From positions 3,213 to 67,212 of the IMG/VR virus record IMGVR_UViG_3300033182_001497: a DNA stretch of 64,000 bases; one strand, written 5' to 3'. A program made the position numbers and the translations under genes. Shown piece after piece: positions 39,149 through 47,624 of the stretch (its first letter is position 1; each line of letters starts with the position of its first letter). Source of the stretch: a virus. Under the pieces are notes generated by a model. That model had not been told where the DNA came from and did no database searches. It saw nothing but the letters and a program-made list of their open reading frames with translations.

Positions 39149-39154
39149 ATACAC
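39148..39154 (-). promoter_or_regulatory. GTGTATT putative late promoter for the tape measure gene
   Basis: Motif in the 40-nt intergenic gap; +1 predicted at ~39140. Confidence 0.55.
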
Positions 39155-39160
39155 TAAATT

Positions 39161-40147
39161 TTAAGTCACACCATGCAATTTCATCAAATCTTCCATATTT
39201 AATGTTCCGCCTTTTTTCTTTGCTTCTTCATGTAGACTGATTGTACCAGATGGTTTTTTGACTCCGAGACGCTCGTAATCTTCTTTTTTGGCACCTACGA
39301 TTGTGCCGCCATCTCCTTTGTCCAGCTTGTCTTTTGCTTTGTCGCGCTCTTCTTTTGAACTGCTACCAAACTCAATCAATTTCGCGGGATCTTTGCGTAT
39401 CGATTCTGGAATATTTTCATTATTATCAAATATATTTTTAAATACTCTAGTATATACAATTAATCTAATTTGATTGTATGTCAATTCACAAAATGGTTTT
39501 CCATAAAATTGCATGCTATCCTCGGCGAATCCAAGATATGGATGATAAAAATCTTCGAGTATTGTATATTGTATACCTTCTTCGCTGAAACTTTCGAATA
39601 GTTCGTTGTATTTTAATACTACTTTTTTTATGTCGTGGCTTTCGAGCTCGTCGTATTCGTCTTGCGTAAACAATTGCTCGGTCAGCTCTTGGTTTTTATA
39701 AAAAGACTTGATGATATAAAAATCATTGAGACGATCTTTTGCGTATCGTTCGCATGTGTTACCAACAAGTTGTATTTTTTGTGCGGTTTTTTCGTTGAGT
39801 AGTTTCGTTTCTTTGGCAATGATACTTTTTTGTCGTTCGACATCTGCTTTGAGTATCAGTTTATTTAATGTTGTTTTTAAATTTTCAAGATAAAGAGTTT
39901 TCTCAGTGATGACTTTTTCGTCAGCATCTGTCCATTGACCCTCTTCTTTTAGATACGCAAGCATTTCTGCCTCGGTGGGCACACCTCTACGTTGCGCGTT
40001 TTGATAATACTTTTCCTCGATCTCTTCGAGTTCCACCTGATCATGCGGGGTCAGGTGCTTGATGTATACAAATTCGCCGTCTAGAAGCGTTGTGGTATAG
40101 CCGCGAACAACGTCTCTAAAGATTCGTCTGCGCCTCGTGGTTTCCAC
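39161..40147 (-). CDS. Probable tail assembly chaperone (second)
   Basis: Helical protein immediately upstream of the tape measure gene. Confidence 0.55.
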   Translation of the reverse strand: METTRRRRIFRDVVRGYTTTLLDGEFVYIKHLTPHDQVELEEIEEKYYQNAQRRGVPTEAEMLAYLKEEGQWTDADEKVITEKTLYLENLKTTLNKLILKADVERQKSIIAKETKLLNEKTAQKIQLVGNTCERYAKDRLNDFYIIKSFYKNQELTEQLFTQDEYDELESHDIKKVVLKYNELFESFSEEGIQYTILEDFYHPYLGFAEDSMQFYGKPFCELTYNQIRLIVYTRVFKNIFDNNENIPESIRKDPAKLIEFGSSSKEERDKAKDKLDKGDGGTIVGAKKEDYERLGVKKPSGTISLHEEAKKKGGTLNMEDLMKLHGVT

Positions 40148-40150
40148 GCA

Positions 40151-40972
40151 TTATACTTTTCCTTCTTCGATGTCGCGGTCAAGCTTTTCGAAGTCGTCGG
40201 GCAGAACTGCTCCACTACTATAGTACCAAAAACTATACAGCGCCGCAATCTTTCCACCAACAATATCATACAATTCATCACCTTCTTCTTCCATCTCATA
40301 ATAAACCTGCAACTTTTGCTCGAAATCATTTCCTTCAAACATAGGAGTTGTTTTTTCTTCATCTCCTTTTTGCAGATATGTAAGATTAAGAATATACCAT
40401 TGTATCACTTTATTTTCAGCTCGTACATCAGCAGTATGATTGAATAAATTAGAATAGGATGTTTCGACATTGATGATATCTTTACGAAGCTCGGCGATTT
40501 CGCCAGTAATTTCTTTGAGTCGTGCAAGATCTTCTTCGGTTTGATCGCTCTTTAAATTTTTGCGCTCGCTTTCTTGAGATAGTTCGCCATACTTGACATA
40601 CATTTTGGTGAGAGCTTTTGCGTCTTCTTCGGCGAGCAGCCCACCAGTGTCGCTATACTTTTTAGCAAGCATTGCTTTGGTGAGAATACCTTTCTTGATG
40701 CACTGACTCATCTCAACACTAAACTCAAGCTCGGCTTCTTCGATCTGACGACGAGTCGGTTGCTTCATGATCACACGATACGGTGTCTTTTCGCTCACCT
40801 CTTTGGTGACTGACACTTCTTCCTGTTCTCCAGTCTCTTGATTGGTAACAGTATTTGTTTCGGTGCGTTTTACTTTTTCTTCTTTTTCAAAGATAAAGCT
40901 GTAAATTTCACGCATTTTTTTGCGCGTATCATCCATTGTTGGAAGCGGTTGTTCTAATGTTGTTTCTGCCAT
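40151..40972 (-). CDS. Probable tail assembly chaperone (first)
   Basis: Acidic helical protein two genes upstream of the tape measure gene. Confidence 0.55.
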   Translation of the reverse strand: MAETTLEQPLPTMDDTRKKMREIYSFIFEKEEKVKRTETNTVTNQETGEQEEVSVTKEVSEKTPYRVIMKQPTRRQIEEAELEFSVEMSQCIKKGILTKAMLAKKYSDTGGLLAEEDAKALTKMYVKYGELSQESERKNLKSDQTEEDLARLKEITGEIAELRKDIINVETSYSNLFNHTADVRAENKVIQWYILNLTYLQKGDEEKTTPMFEGNDFEQKLQVYYEMEEEGDELYDIVGGKIAALYSFWYYSSGAVLPDDFEKLDRDIEEGKV

Positions 40973-40974
40973 GA

Positions 40975-41262
40975 CTATTTAAATGTAAAACCTATAATAT
41001 AATTATCTATTTCTCCTTCGATATTTCTAATTGTTTCATTACCAATATCGAGAGTACGCTTGCGAAGATGCTGTAACTTGTCTTCGTCAAAGTAGTCGGC
41101 TTGATCGATCAGAGGCACACATCCCTCGGGTAAATTTTGCCTCAGCTTGTTGAAATGAATTTGATGCTCCTTGTGGAGATCTTCCAACATCATAAGAAAT
41201 CCCTTAAAAAGGGACACCGTGTTCCGTTGGCAGCATTTTTTAAAAATGTCCTCTGCGTTCAT
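40975..41262 (-). CDS. Hypothetical protein
   Basis: Start reassigned to ATG 41262; the track's GTG at 41292 is the promoter motif itself. Confidence 0.6.
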   Translation of the reverse strand: MNAEDIFKKCCQRNTVSLFKGFLMMLEDLHKEHQIHFNKLRQNLPEGCVPLIDQADYFDEDKLQHLRKRTLDIGNETIRNIEGEIDNYIIGFTFK

Positions 41263-41285
41263 ATATACCTTATACCTTACAATCA

Positions 41286-41314
41286 TATACACAAAAAAAA
41301 ATCTTTAGTGTAAA
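41286..41314. promoter_or_regulatory. Back-to-back pair of GTGTAWW motifs (divergent putative late promoters)
   Basis: tatacac 41286-41292 (minus); gtgtaaa 41308-41314 (plus, 7 nt before ATG 41322). Confidence 0.65.
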
Positions 41315-41321
41315 ACTATAT

Positions 41322-41801
41322 ATGGCTGAATTTTTATCATCTTCTCAACGCGCCAGCATTGCTGCTAATCTACTTGATCTTCATGATACATTTGGACGAG
41401 AAATAATTGTATACAAAGAAGCACAAAAAGTAATCATCAGCACCGATCCAAACTATAACTATTTATATAAAAACGCAGGAGCACAAAATCAAAGCGTACA
41501 AAATGTGCCTGTTAAAAAAGTATTCAAAGCAAGAATTCGATACGATACCGATCGCAGTCTAGAATATTTTGGAGAAACAGACACACAAGTAAAAGTCAAT
41601 CGAGTTGATCCAAACAGTATGGTGCGCGTCAAATTAAAAATAGAAGATTATGAATATATAAAAGACGCAAAGCGCGTCGAACTTGATGGCAGAATGTTTC
41701 ATGTTGAGTCGGATCCACGACCACACGGACTGTTTGATGTAATTCAATTTGTTACTCTATTTTTACGTCCAATCGAAGCAAATGCCCAATCCACTAAATA
41801 G
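41322..41801 (+). CDS. Head-closure / head-tail adaptor-like protein
   Basis: Size, beta-rich pattern and position in the neck cluster. Confidence 0.5.
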   Translation: MAEFLSSSQRASIAANLLDLHDTFGREIIVYKEAQKVIISTDPNYNYLYKNAGAQNQSVQNVPVKKVFKARIRYDTDRSLEYFGETDTQVKVNRVDPNSMVRVKLKIEDYEYIKDAKRVELDGRMFHVESDPRPHGLFDVIQFVTLFLRPIEANAQSTK

Positions 41802-42405
41802 ATCCGTTAAAACCGCGATTCATAAACAACTGATCGGAAATAAGCAACTGATCAATCAAACGCGACTGCTAATAGAAAAACAATTTAAAACTATTCACAC
41901 AAAATTTATGGCCGACTTTGAGTCGCATCCTGTAACCCGCGAGCTTCGCGGCGGACCCGACGCATCCAATCACTCAAATTCACTTCCTCAAGGAAATCTA
42001 TTCGGTTTCATTGGTTTTAACGCAGGCACAGATCCGATCTCTGATATTGAAGTTATGCTGCGACGAACAGATATCATGATAAAAAACAGAAAAATGGGAC
42101 AATTTGGATTTGTATGGACATATGTAGTAACTAGTCCATCATTACAAGATTTATATTCTGTCACCCCGATGCCGTGGGCGAGCGGAGCAAGCTGGTTGCG
42201 CGAGCTTGAAGGCCGCGGTATACCCAACCTCGGACAATACATGTACAAGCGCTCCTCGTCGAGCAGATCGGGTGCTGGCGTACAAAATCAAAACAGAAGT
42301 GGCGGAGGACGTGTAAGAGTATCATACGTCAAACAATTATTAAAAGAATTCGAAGAAAATTTAAACGCAATCCAAGCATCACGAGTATCACGAGCATATT
42401 TCTAA
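41782..42405 (+). CDS. Neck / tail-completion-like protein
   Basis: Basic protein between the putative closure and terminator genes; start ATG 41782. Confidence 0.45.
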   Translation: MPNPLNRSVKTAIHKQLIGNKQLINQTRLLIEKQFKTIHTKFMADFESHPVTRELRGGPDASNHSNSLPQGNLFGFIGFNAGTDPISDIEVMLRRTDIMIKNRKMGQFGFVWTYVVTSPSLQDLYSVTPMPWASGASWLRELEGRGIPNLGQYMYKRSSSSRSGAGVQNQNRSGGGRVRVSYVKQLLKEFEENLNAIQASRVSRAYF

Positions 42406-42406
42406 A

Positions 42407-43258
42407 ATGAAACCCCAGTTCCAACACGAATTAACAACAAGCTTTATGTTATGGGCAGACAATTTCATCTGCAACAAAGCAGAAGCTTTTCAAAATTATG
42501 TGTCGCCGCTTTACCCAATGGGCACCGACGACCAACTCGGCTCAGGATTTGTTACATACAGCAGTCCTCATAAACAATGGGTGTTCGATGACAGTGTTGA
42601 TGGCGCGCAAGTTCCTAGCGGTATTTATAATAATGGAACATTTATGAATCGCGGAGATGATGGACTGATCATTGATTTTGATGATGGGCGAGTTATACTC
42701 GACGCATCTTTTGGCGACAGCAACACCACCTTGAGCGGCGAATACTCGGTCAAAGAATTCAATTGGTATATCACAAACCAAACCGAAGAGCAGCTGATCG
42801 TGGACAGCAAATTCGATTCTAATGGAAGGTTTAAACAGGAGCTTTCTGGGATTGCTCCTCATGCGCAGGTTGTACCTGCTATATTCGTCAACCCAGAAGT
42901 TGTTGAGAACGAGCCATTTGCGTTTGGCGGAGAAGACAAAACCACAACCAACATTCGATGCGTAGTTTTCGCAGAAAATAGTTATCAACTTGATGGCGCA
43001 CTATCAGTTTTCGCGGATTCTAAAAATGAAGTATTTGGTAAATTAAAATATTCAGATTATCCGCTCACCGAATACGGCGACATTACAGGATCATACAATT
43101 ATATGGAATTTGTAGCAAGCGAACCACGCTCGCTTTTTCACGTCGAAGAAGTGCGCGTATCCAAGCTCAGCGACCGTGTAAGCAAAAACATCGATCCATC
43201 ACTTTTCGTTGGATTCGTAGACTTTGAAATAACCAATCTACGATTTCCCAGAACATAA
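42407..43258 (+). CDS. Tail terminator-like protein
   Basis: VPAIFV, EPFAFGGED, IRCVVFAE, FVDFEI; directly upstream of the major tube gene. Confidence 0.55.
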   Translation: MKPQFQHELTTSFMLWADNFICNKAEAFQNYVSPLYPMGTDDQLGSGFVTYSSPHKQWVFDDSVDGAQVPSGIYNNGTFMNRGDDGLIIDFDDGRVILDASFGDSNTTLSGEYSVKEFNWYITNQTEEQLIVDSKFDSNGRFKQELSGIAPHAQVVPAIFVNPEVVENEPFAFGGEDKTTTNIRCVVFAENSYQLDGALSVFADSKNEVFGKLKYSDYPLTEYGDITGSYNYMEFVASEPRSLFHVEEVRVSKLSDRVSKNIDPSLFVGFVDFEITNLRFPRT

Positions 43259-43321
43259 ACTTCCCTTTAAACAATAAAAAATGTAAATACAATAGAAATT
43301 TAAATTCACCTTTTATATATT

Positions 43322-44623
43322 ATGGCAAATAGAGCAAGAGTAATTTATCAGAGCGAGGCGTTGTATGCTGGTACAGTTGACGCCACGGGACATCACTATA
43401 CAGTCAACGGCACAGGTTATGCAACACAAGCCGCCGCAGCTGCAGCAGGGGATGTTAAAACAGGAATCATGCAGCTTCGTCGAGTACAAAGCGCAAACTA
43501 CAGCTTTAGTGTTAATCGTCAAGATGTAAATCAATTCGGTCAACTTGCTCGTATCGATAGTGTTAGCATCGAGCCGCCAACAGTTACTCTCGACATGTCA
43601 TACTATCTCACCAACGGAGTAAACGAAAAATTACTTGGTTTTAATGTTGACGGTCAAACAAGCGCACTCAGTGATGAGCTTCTTCTTGGTAAAACTGCCA
43701 ACTCGGATACCCCAGGTGGTAAAAACTTTTTTATTCTTACAACTCCAGAAAGTAGCGATGCAGTAGGAAACAGCGACGCAGAATCCGAAAAGAGTGTTAT
43801 TGCTCTTGGTAATGGATTTGTATCCAACTATTCTATTGAAGCAGCTGTTGGAGGCATGCCAAGCGCAAGTGTTACTGTTGATGGATTGAATCTTCGCAGT
43901 TACACAGGCACAGCAAATCTTGATATTCCTGCAATTGATACTAAATATGGTACTCCAATCGACGGAATCGAATTTAGTCTTCCTCCAGCAATCAGTGGAA
44001 AAGGTGAAGCCACAATTGGAGCAGACAACGTTTGGGGTAGCTCAGATGACGGATGGCAAGGAAATGACGAAGGTTTTGGCGTAGAAGGTGTTTCTTGTTT
44101 GCGCCCTGGAGATATCTCCATGAGCCTTGGAACAAATGGTCGCGCAGGATTGTTTGAAAATCTTCCGCATTCTGACCCACATCAAGATTACGATGCTGGT
44201 TCCGCACATATTCAAAGTTTCAGTATTGATGTTCCAGTTAGCCGAAGTACAATTCAACGCCTTGGAAATCCATACGGATATGCAAGAGTAACAGACTTTC
44301 CAGTCAATATTTCTGTTAGTGTTAGTGCAATTCTTTCGGATCTTAAAGAAGGTAATGTTTCAGACTTGCTTTTCAATCAAGAATCTCACGATCTTGTATT
44401 CACAATGAGAGAGCCAACACAAAGCGGTAATGGAAACATTGCAATGCAATATACTATCAAAGGTGCTCGCCTCGAAGGAGAGTCTTTCAGTTCTTCAATT
44501 GGAGACAACAAAAGTGTTGACCTTACTTTCACTGCTCAAGTTGGTGGCCCAGAAGACCAAGAAAACGGAATCTTTATTTCGGGATCAAGAAACGCTACTG
44601 GTATTCACCAATACTTCGCTTAA
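43322..44623 (+). CDS. Major tail tube protein with two tandem tube-fold halves
   Basis: RVQSANYSFSVNRQDVNQFG in the first half; HIQSFSIDVPVSRSTIQRLG in the second half. Confidence 0.75.
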   Translation: MANRARVIYQSEALYAGTVDATGHHYTVNGTGYATQAAAAAAGDVKTGIMQLRRVQSANYSFSVNRQDVNQFGQLARIDSVSIEPPTVTLDMSYYLTNGVNEKLLGFNVDGQTSALSDELLLGKTANSDTPGGKNFFILTTPESSDAVGNSDAESEKSVIALGNGFVSNYSIEAAVGGMPSASVTVDGLNLRSYTGTANLDIPAIDTKYGTPIDGIEFSLPPAISGKGEATIGADNVWGSSDDGWQGNDEGFGVEGVSCLRPGDISMSLGTNGRAGLFENLPHSDPHQDYDAGSAHIQSFSIDVPVSRSTIQRLGNPYGYARVTDFPVNISVSVSAILSDLKEGNVSDLLFNQESHDLVFTMREPTQSGNGNIAMQYTIKGARLEGESFSSSIGDNKSVDLTFTAQVGGPEDQENGIFISGSRNATGIHQYFA

Positions 44624-44649
44624 TACTCTATAATTAAATATATTATATA

Positions 44650-44686
44650 AAGACCCTTGGTTGTTAATTCGGCCAAGGGTTTTTTA
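44650..44686. terminator. Intrinsic (likely bidirectional) terminator between convergent tube genes
   Basis: acccttgg-N12-ccaagggt followed by a T-run; A-rich on the other side. Confidence 0.8.
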
Positions 44687-46168
44687 TTGAAAGTACATTC
44701 TTAGTCCATCAGTTTTTGTTACATCAAATGTTAGCGAACTGCTAACCATAACTTCTGAACCGATAGAGTGTGTGTAATTTTGTTGCTTTAACTGCGCGCG
44801 ATTGATTTCAAACGCTATACTTTGAGCAGTATCAAAACTTTCTTCAAGCGTCATAATTTCAAACGGTAACTCTGAGACAGGAAACTTCATCCATACTCCA
44901 TTGTTATTGACATGAACAAAAGTATAACTATATATAACATCTTCAGATGAAACCATACTCGAAGAAGTTAAAGGTATCATGCCCCACTGAAATCCGTCAA
45001 TACACACGTAATAAAAATTACCATCGGCACTAAATGCGGTGTCTCCAGTATTTCCAAATACAGAATGAGTGAATTCTACAAACGCAATTCTGCGCCACTC
45101 ATTTTTCTCTATCGCTAAATAGTAGTAACCATTAGAAATATAAAATGACCCTTGGTCGCCAAGTATCCTTGCAGCAACAGGATGAGAAACAACAAGTTCG
45201 TATACATCTGCTTTGGTTAAAAATGAATCAACTTCATCAGGCTCGTATCCACGAACAACCATATCCAAAGATAGTTGTCCAATGATTGGTAGTTTTAATT
45301 TTCTATTAAAAACATAATTACTACCCATTCCAAAAATATCTTGACGCTCGATAGGTAGCTGAATAGATACATTTTGCACCGCCGCTTCAATTTTATCAAG
45401 TTTCGCGCCACCTCTACCACCGCTTTTTTTGGTGATTGTGACTTGAATATCTCCAGGTTTCGTGGTAGAAACTTCGGGCATATAATGTTCATCAAACACA
45501 TGACCATCTCCTTCTCGGTCATGACTTGCATCACGCATTTGGCTAGAGTGAAGATACACTTCTTCACTAGATTCAACATTATTTACGCCAGGCTTGATTG
45601 CTGGCAGTGTTGGTCGATCAGAAGCGCTATAAATATCGTACTTCATATTACTACCAGCATACGAAAGTGAACTTGTTGGAAATTGACCAACAGCAGCTTC
45701 GTACGAATAGTTCGTTAAATATGCATTACCAATACCAATAACATTATAATTTTCAAAATCAGACTCGCTTGTTAAAAAATTTAAATCTCTATGATTATCT
45801 TCACTTGACGCAACAACAAGAACATTGATATCATCTGTTGTAGTTGATTCAAAAAAGTTTTTCAATACACTTCCTGTTTTACCAACAAACAATCCGGCAC
45901 CTATTTCATTTTGGCCTTCAGCAAATAAATATTGTATACTGCAATTTACATCAGGAGCTCTAACCACAGGACTTTGACCGTCTCGAGTAACCAACTTGTC
46001 ACTGCCAATTGCTTTGATATCTAAAGCTTGATGAGAAAAGCCGTAATCCATGCTTTGCACACGAATTAAATCTGTATATTTCGTGCCGCTTTCCTTGTAT
46101 GCAGGCGCATCTGTAAGTAAAATACCTAGCCTTTCATAAGTTAAACGAGTCAATGTTCCTTGTGCCAC
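44684..46168 (-). CDS. Tail tube-fold paralog 2 with an inserted triple-repeat module
   Basis: RVQSMDYGF, GIGNAYLTNYSYEAAVG, IERQDIFGMG parallel the major tube protein. Confidence 0.75.
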   Translation of the reverse strand: MAQGTLTRLTYERLGILLTDAPAYKESGTKYTDLIRVQSMDYGFSHQALDIKAIGSDKLVTRDGQSPVVRAPDVNCSIQYLFAEGQNEIGAGLFVGKTGSVLKNFFESTTTDDINVLVVASSEDNHRDLNFLTSESDFENYNVIGIGNAYLTNYSYEAAVGQFPTSSLSYAGSNMKYDIYSASDRPTLPAIKPGVNNVESSEEVYLHSSQMRDASHDREGDGHVFDEHYMPEVSTTKPGDIQVTITKKSGGRGGAKLDKIEAAVQNVSIQLPIERQDIFGMGSNYVFNRKLKLPIIGQLSLDMVVRGYEPDEVDSFLTKADVYELVVSHPVAARILGDQGSFYISNGYYYLAIEKNEWRRIAFVEFTHSVFGNTGDTAFSADGNFYYVCIDGFQWGMIPLTSSSMVSSEDVIYSYTFVHVNNNGVWMKFPVSELPFEIMTLEESFDTAQSIAFEINRAQLKQQNYTHSIGSEVMVSSSLTFDVTKTDGLRMYFQ

Positions 46169-46175
46169 GAATCAT

Positions 46176-46205
46176 ATTACACTATTTCTTGTGTTTTAGT
46201 GTAAT
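46176..46205. promoter_or_regulatory. Back-to-back pair of GTGTAAT motifs
   Basis: attacac 46176-46182 (7 nt before GTG 46168); gtgtaat 46199-46205. Confidence 0.65.
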
Positions 46206-46219
46206 AAACATTGCTTGCC

Positions 46220-47623
46220 ATGCCTAATCAAAGAATATCAGAATTACCCGAAAGTGGACCGCTTTATTGTAGCGATGTGTCTTTTAATACATTTTACACC
46301 GACTCAGCAAACGAAGGGCCTTCAGACGACTGGTATCTACTAACAGCAAAACCAAAAGTAAGCAATGAAAAAATATCTTTCACCAATTTCCACAAGTCGG
46401 TCGCAACCGATTCGGTTTACTTAAATAGCAACCAAACAATTAGCGGCCAAAAAACATTCACGGATAAATGCTATATAACCAAGCGCGCAAATGTAACCAG
46501 CATACAAGATCCAACTGTAGATGGAAATCTTAGCGGAGTAGGTTTCGTTGGAAATACGGGTCTTTTTTATAATGCGATTGCAGGAACAGGATTGGTTCCA
46601 TCAACAGGTTGCGATGTTATGGTTTTTGAGGATGCAGCTTTTGAAGGAAAATTAAACATACAAGGAACTTTATCTTTTTCGGGGCAAGTTGACAACGAGT
46701 CAGATTTTGCCTCGCTCGATATTGAAGTTCAGGGCAGTAGCGAAATAGAGCAAGATATTTTCTCAACAGGAAATCATATATTTTCCGAAAATTTAAATGT
46801 ATCTGGTGATGCATATTTTGATGGATCAATTTCTAGTTCCGATACATTATATGTTCACGAGAATATTAAATCAAATAACAACCAGCAAGCAACATTCACA
46901 ACAGACCATATACAAATAACAAGTGGTTCAAATAATTTCATAGATATAACAACAGGAAATATAAAATATAAAGAAATTATAAATGTCAATCAACCAAATG
47001 TTGTAAATCTTTCAAGCTCAACACCTTCTGGAATGTTGCATATTGATGGAGCAGGTTATGTACAAAATATAAATGCATTGACTGATGGAACATATCGACA
47101 ATTTTTTGGTGGAGATGATGAGTCGATGGTTTTCAAAAGTGTACTACAATCTGGATTTAGAGATTTTACAATCGATCTACCAAAAACGTTTCTAGATACT
47201 CCAGTTATCTCTCCAAACCTTCAGCATGTGAGCGGTGGATATGTCATTCCTTATCTTATCTCTGATGTAACAACAAAAGATTATAAAATAAAATTCGGCG
47301 AAAATATATTCGACAATGATTTTGTGTTGCACACCACAGCAATGGCACCATCTTCAGGAAAATATAGCTCAAATAAAAATGGCATACAACGCTTTCGAAC
47401 AATCATAGCAAGCGGAACAAGTTCACAGCAGATTGACTTTCCTCAACCCCACAACATCAAGCCAACAATATCCATCGCGCTTGAAGGAGAAAATGAGATT
47501 GTCCCGCACACAATATCTGGTGTAAATACAAACAATTATACTTTTATTTTAGCCGCAGAATCCACAGAAGAATATATTTTACATACAATTTCCACAGAAT
47601 ACGACAATCAAAGAATAAGTTAA
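46220..47623 (+). CDS. Short fibre-like virion protein with two H-type-lectin/gp53-like C-terminal domains
   Basis: RISELP N-terminus, NQTISGQKTF, two IDxPxxFxxxPxI repeats; start 46211 or 46220. Confidence 0.65.
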   Translation: MPNQRISELPESGPLYCSDVSFNTFYTDSANEGPSDDWYLLTAKPKVSNEKISFTNFHKSVATDSVYLNSNQTISGQKTFTDKCYITKRANVTSIQDPTVDGNLSGVGFVGNTGLFYNAIAGTGLVPSTGCDVMVFEDAAFEGKLNIQGTLSFSGQVDNESDFASLDIEVQGSSEIEQDIFSTGNHIFSENLNVSGDAYFDGSISSSDTLYVHENIKSNNNQQATFTTDHIQITSGSNNFIDITTGNIKYKEIINVNQPNVVNLSSSTPSGMLHIDGAGYVQNINALTDGTYRQFFGGDDESMVFKSVLQSGFRDFTIDLPKTFLDTPVISPNLQHVSGGYVIPYLISDVTTKDYKIKFGENIFDNDFVLHTTAMAPSSGKYSSNKNGIQRFRTIIASGTSSQQIDFPQPHNIKPTISIALEGENEIVPHTISGVNTNNYTFILAAESTEEYILHTISTEYDNQRIS

Positions 47624-47624
47624 A

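Noticed and set aside
43281-43288. ATGTAAAT upstream of the major tube gene as a motif copy
   Set aside because: One mismatch in the core and a longer, atypical leader; plausible but not counted.
39161-46168. Contractile tail (sheath, baseplate wedge)
   Set aside because: No sheath-sized gene between neck and tube; the tip genes are lambda-like.
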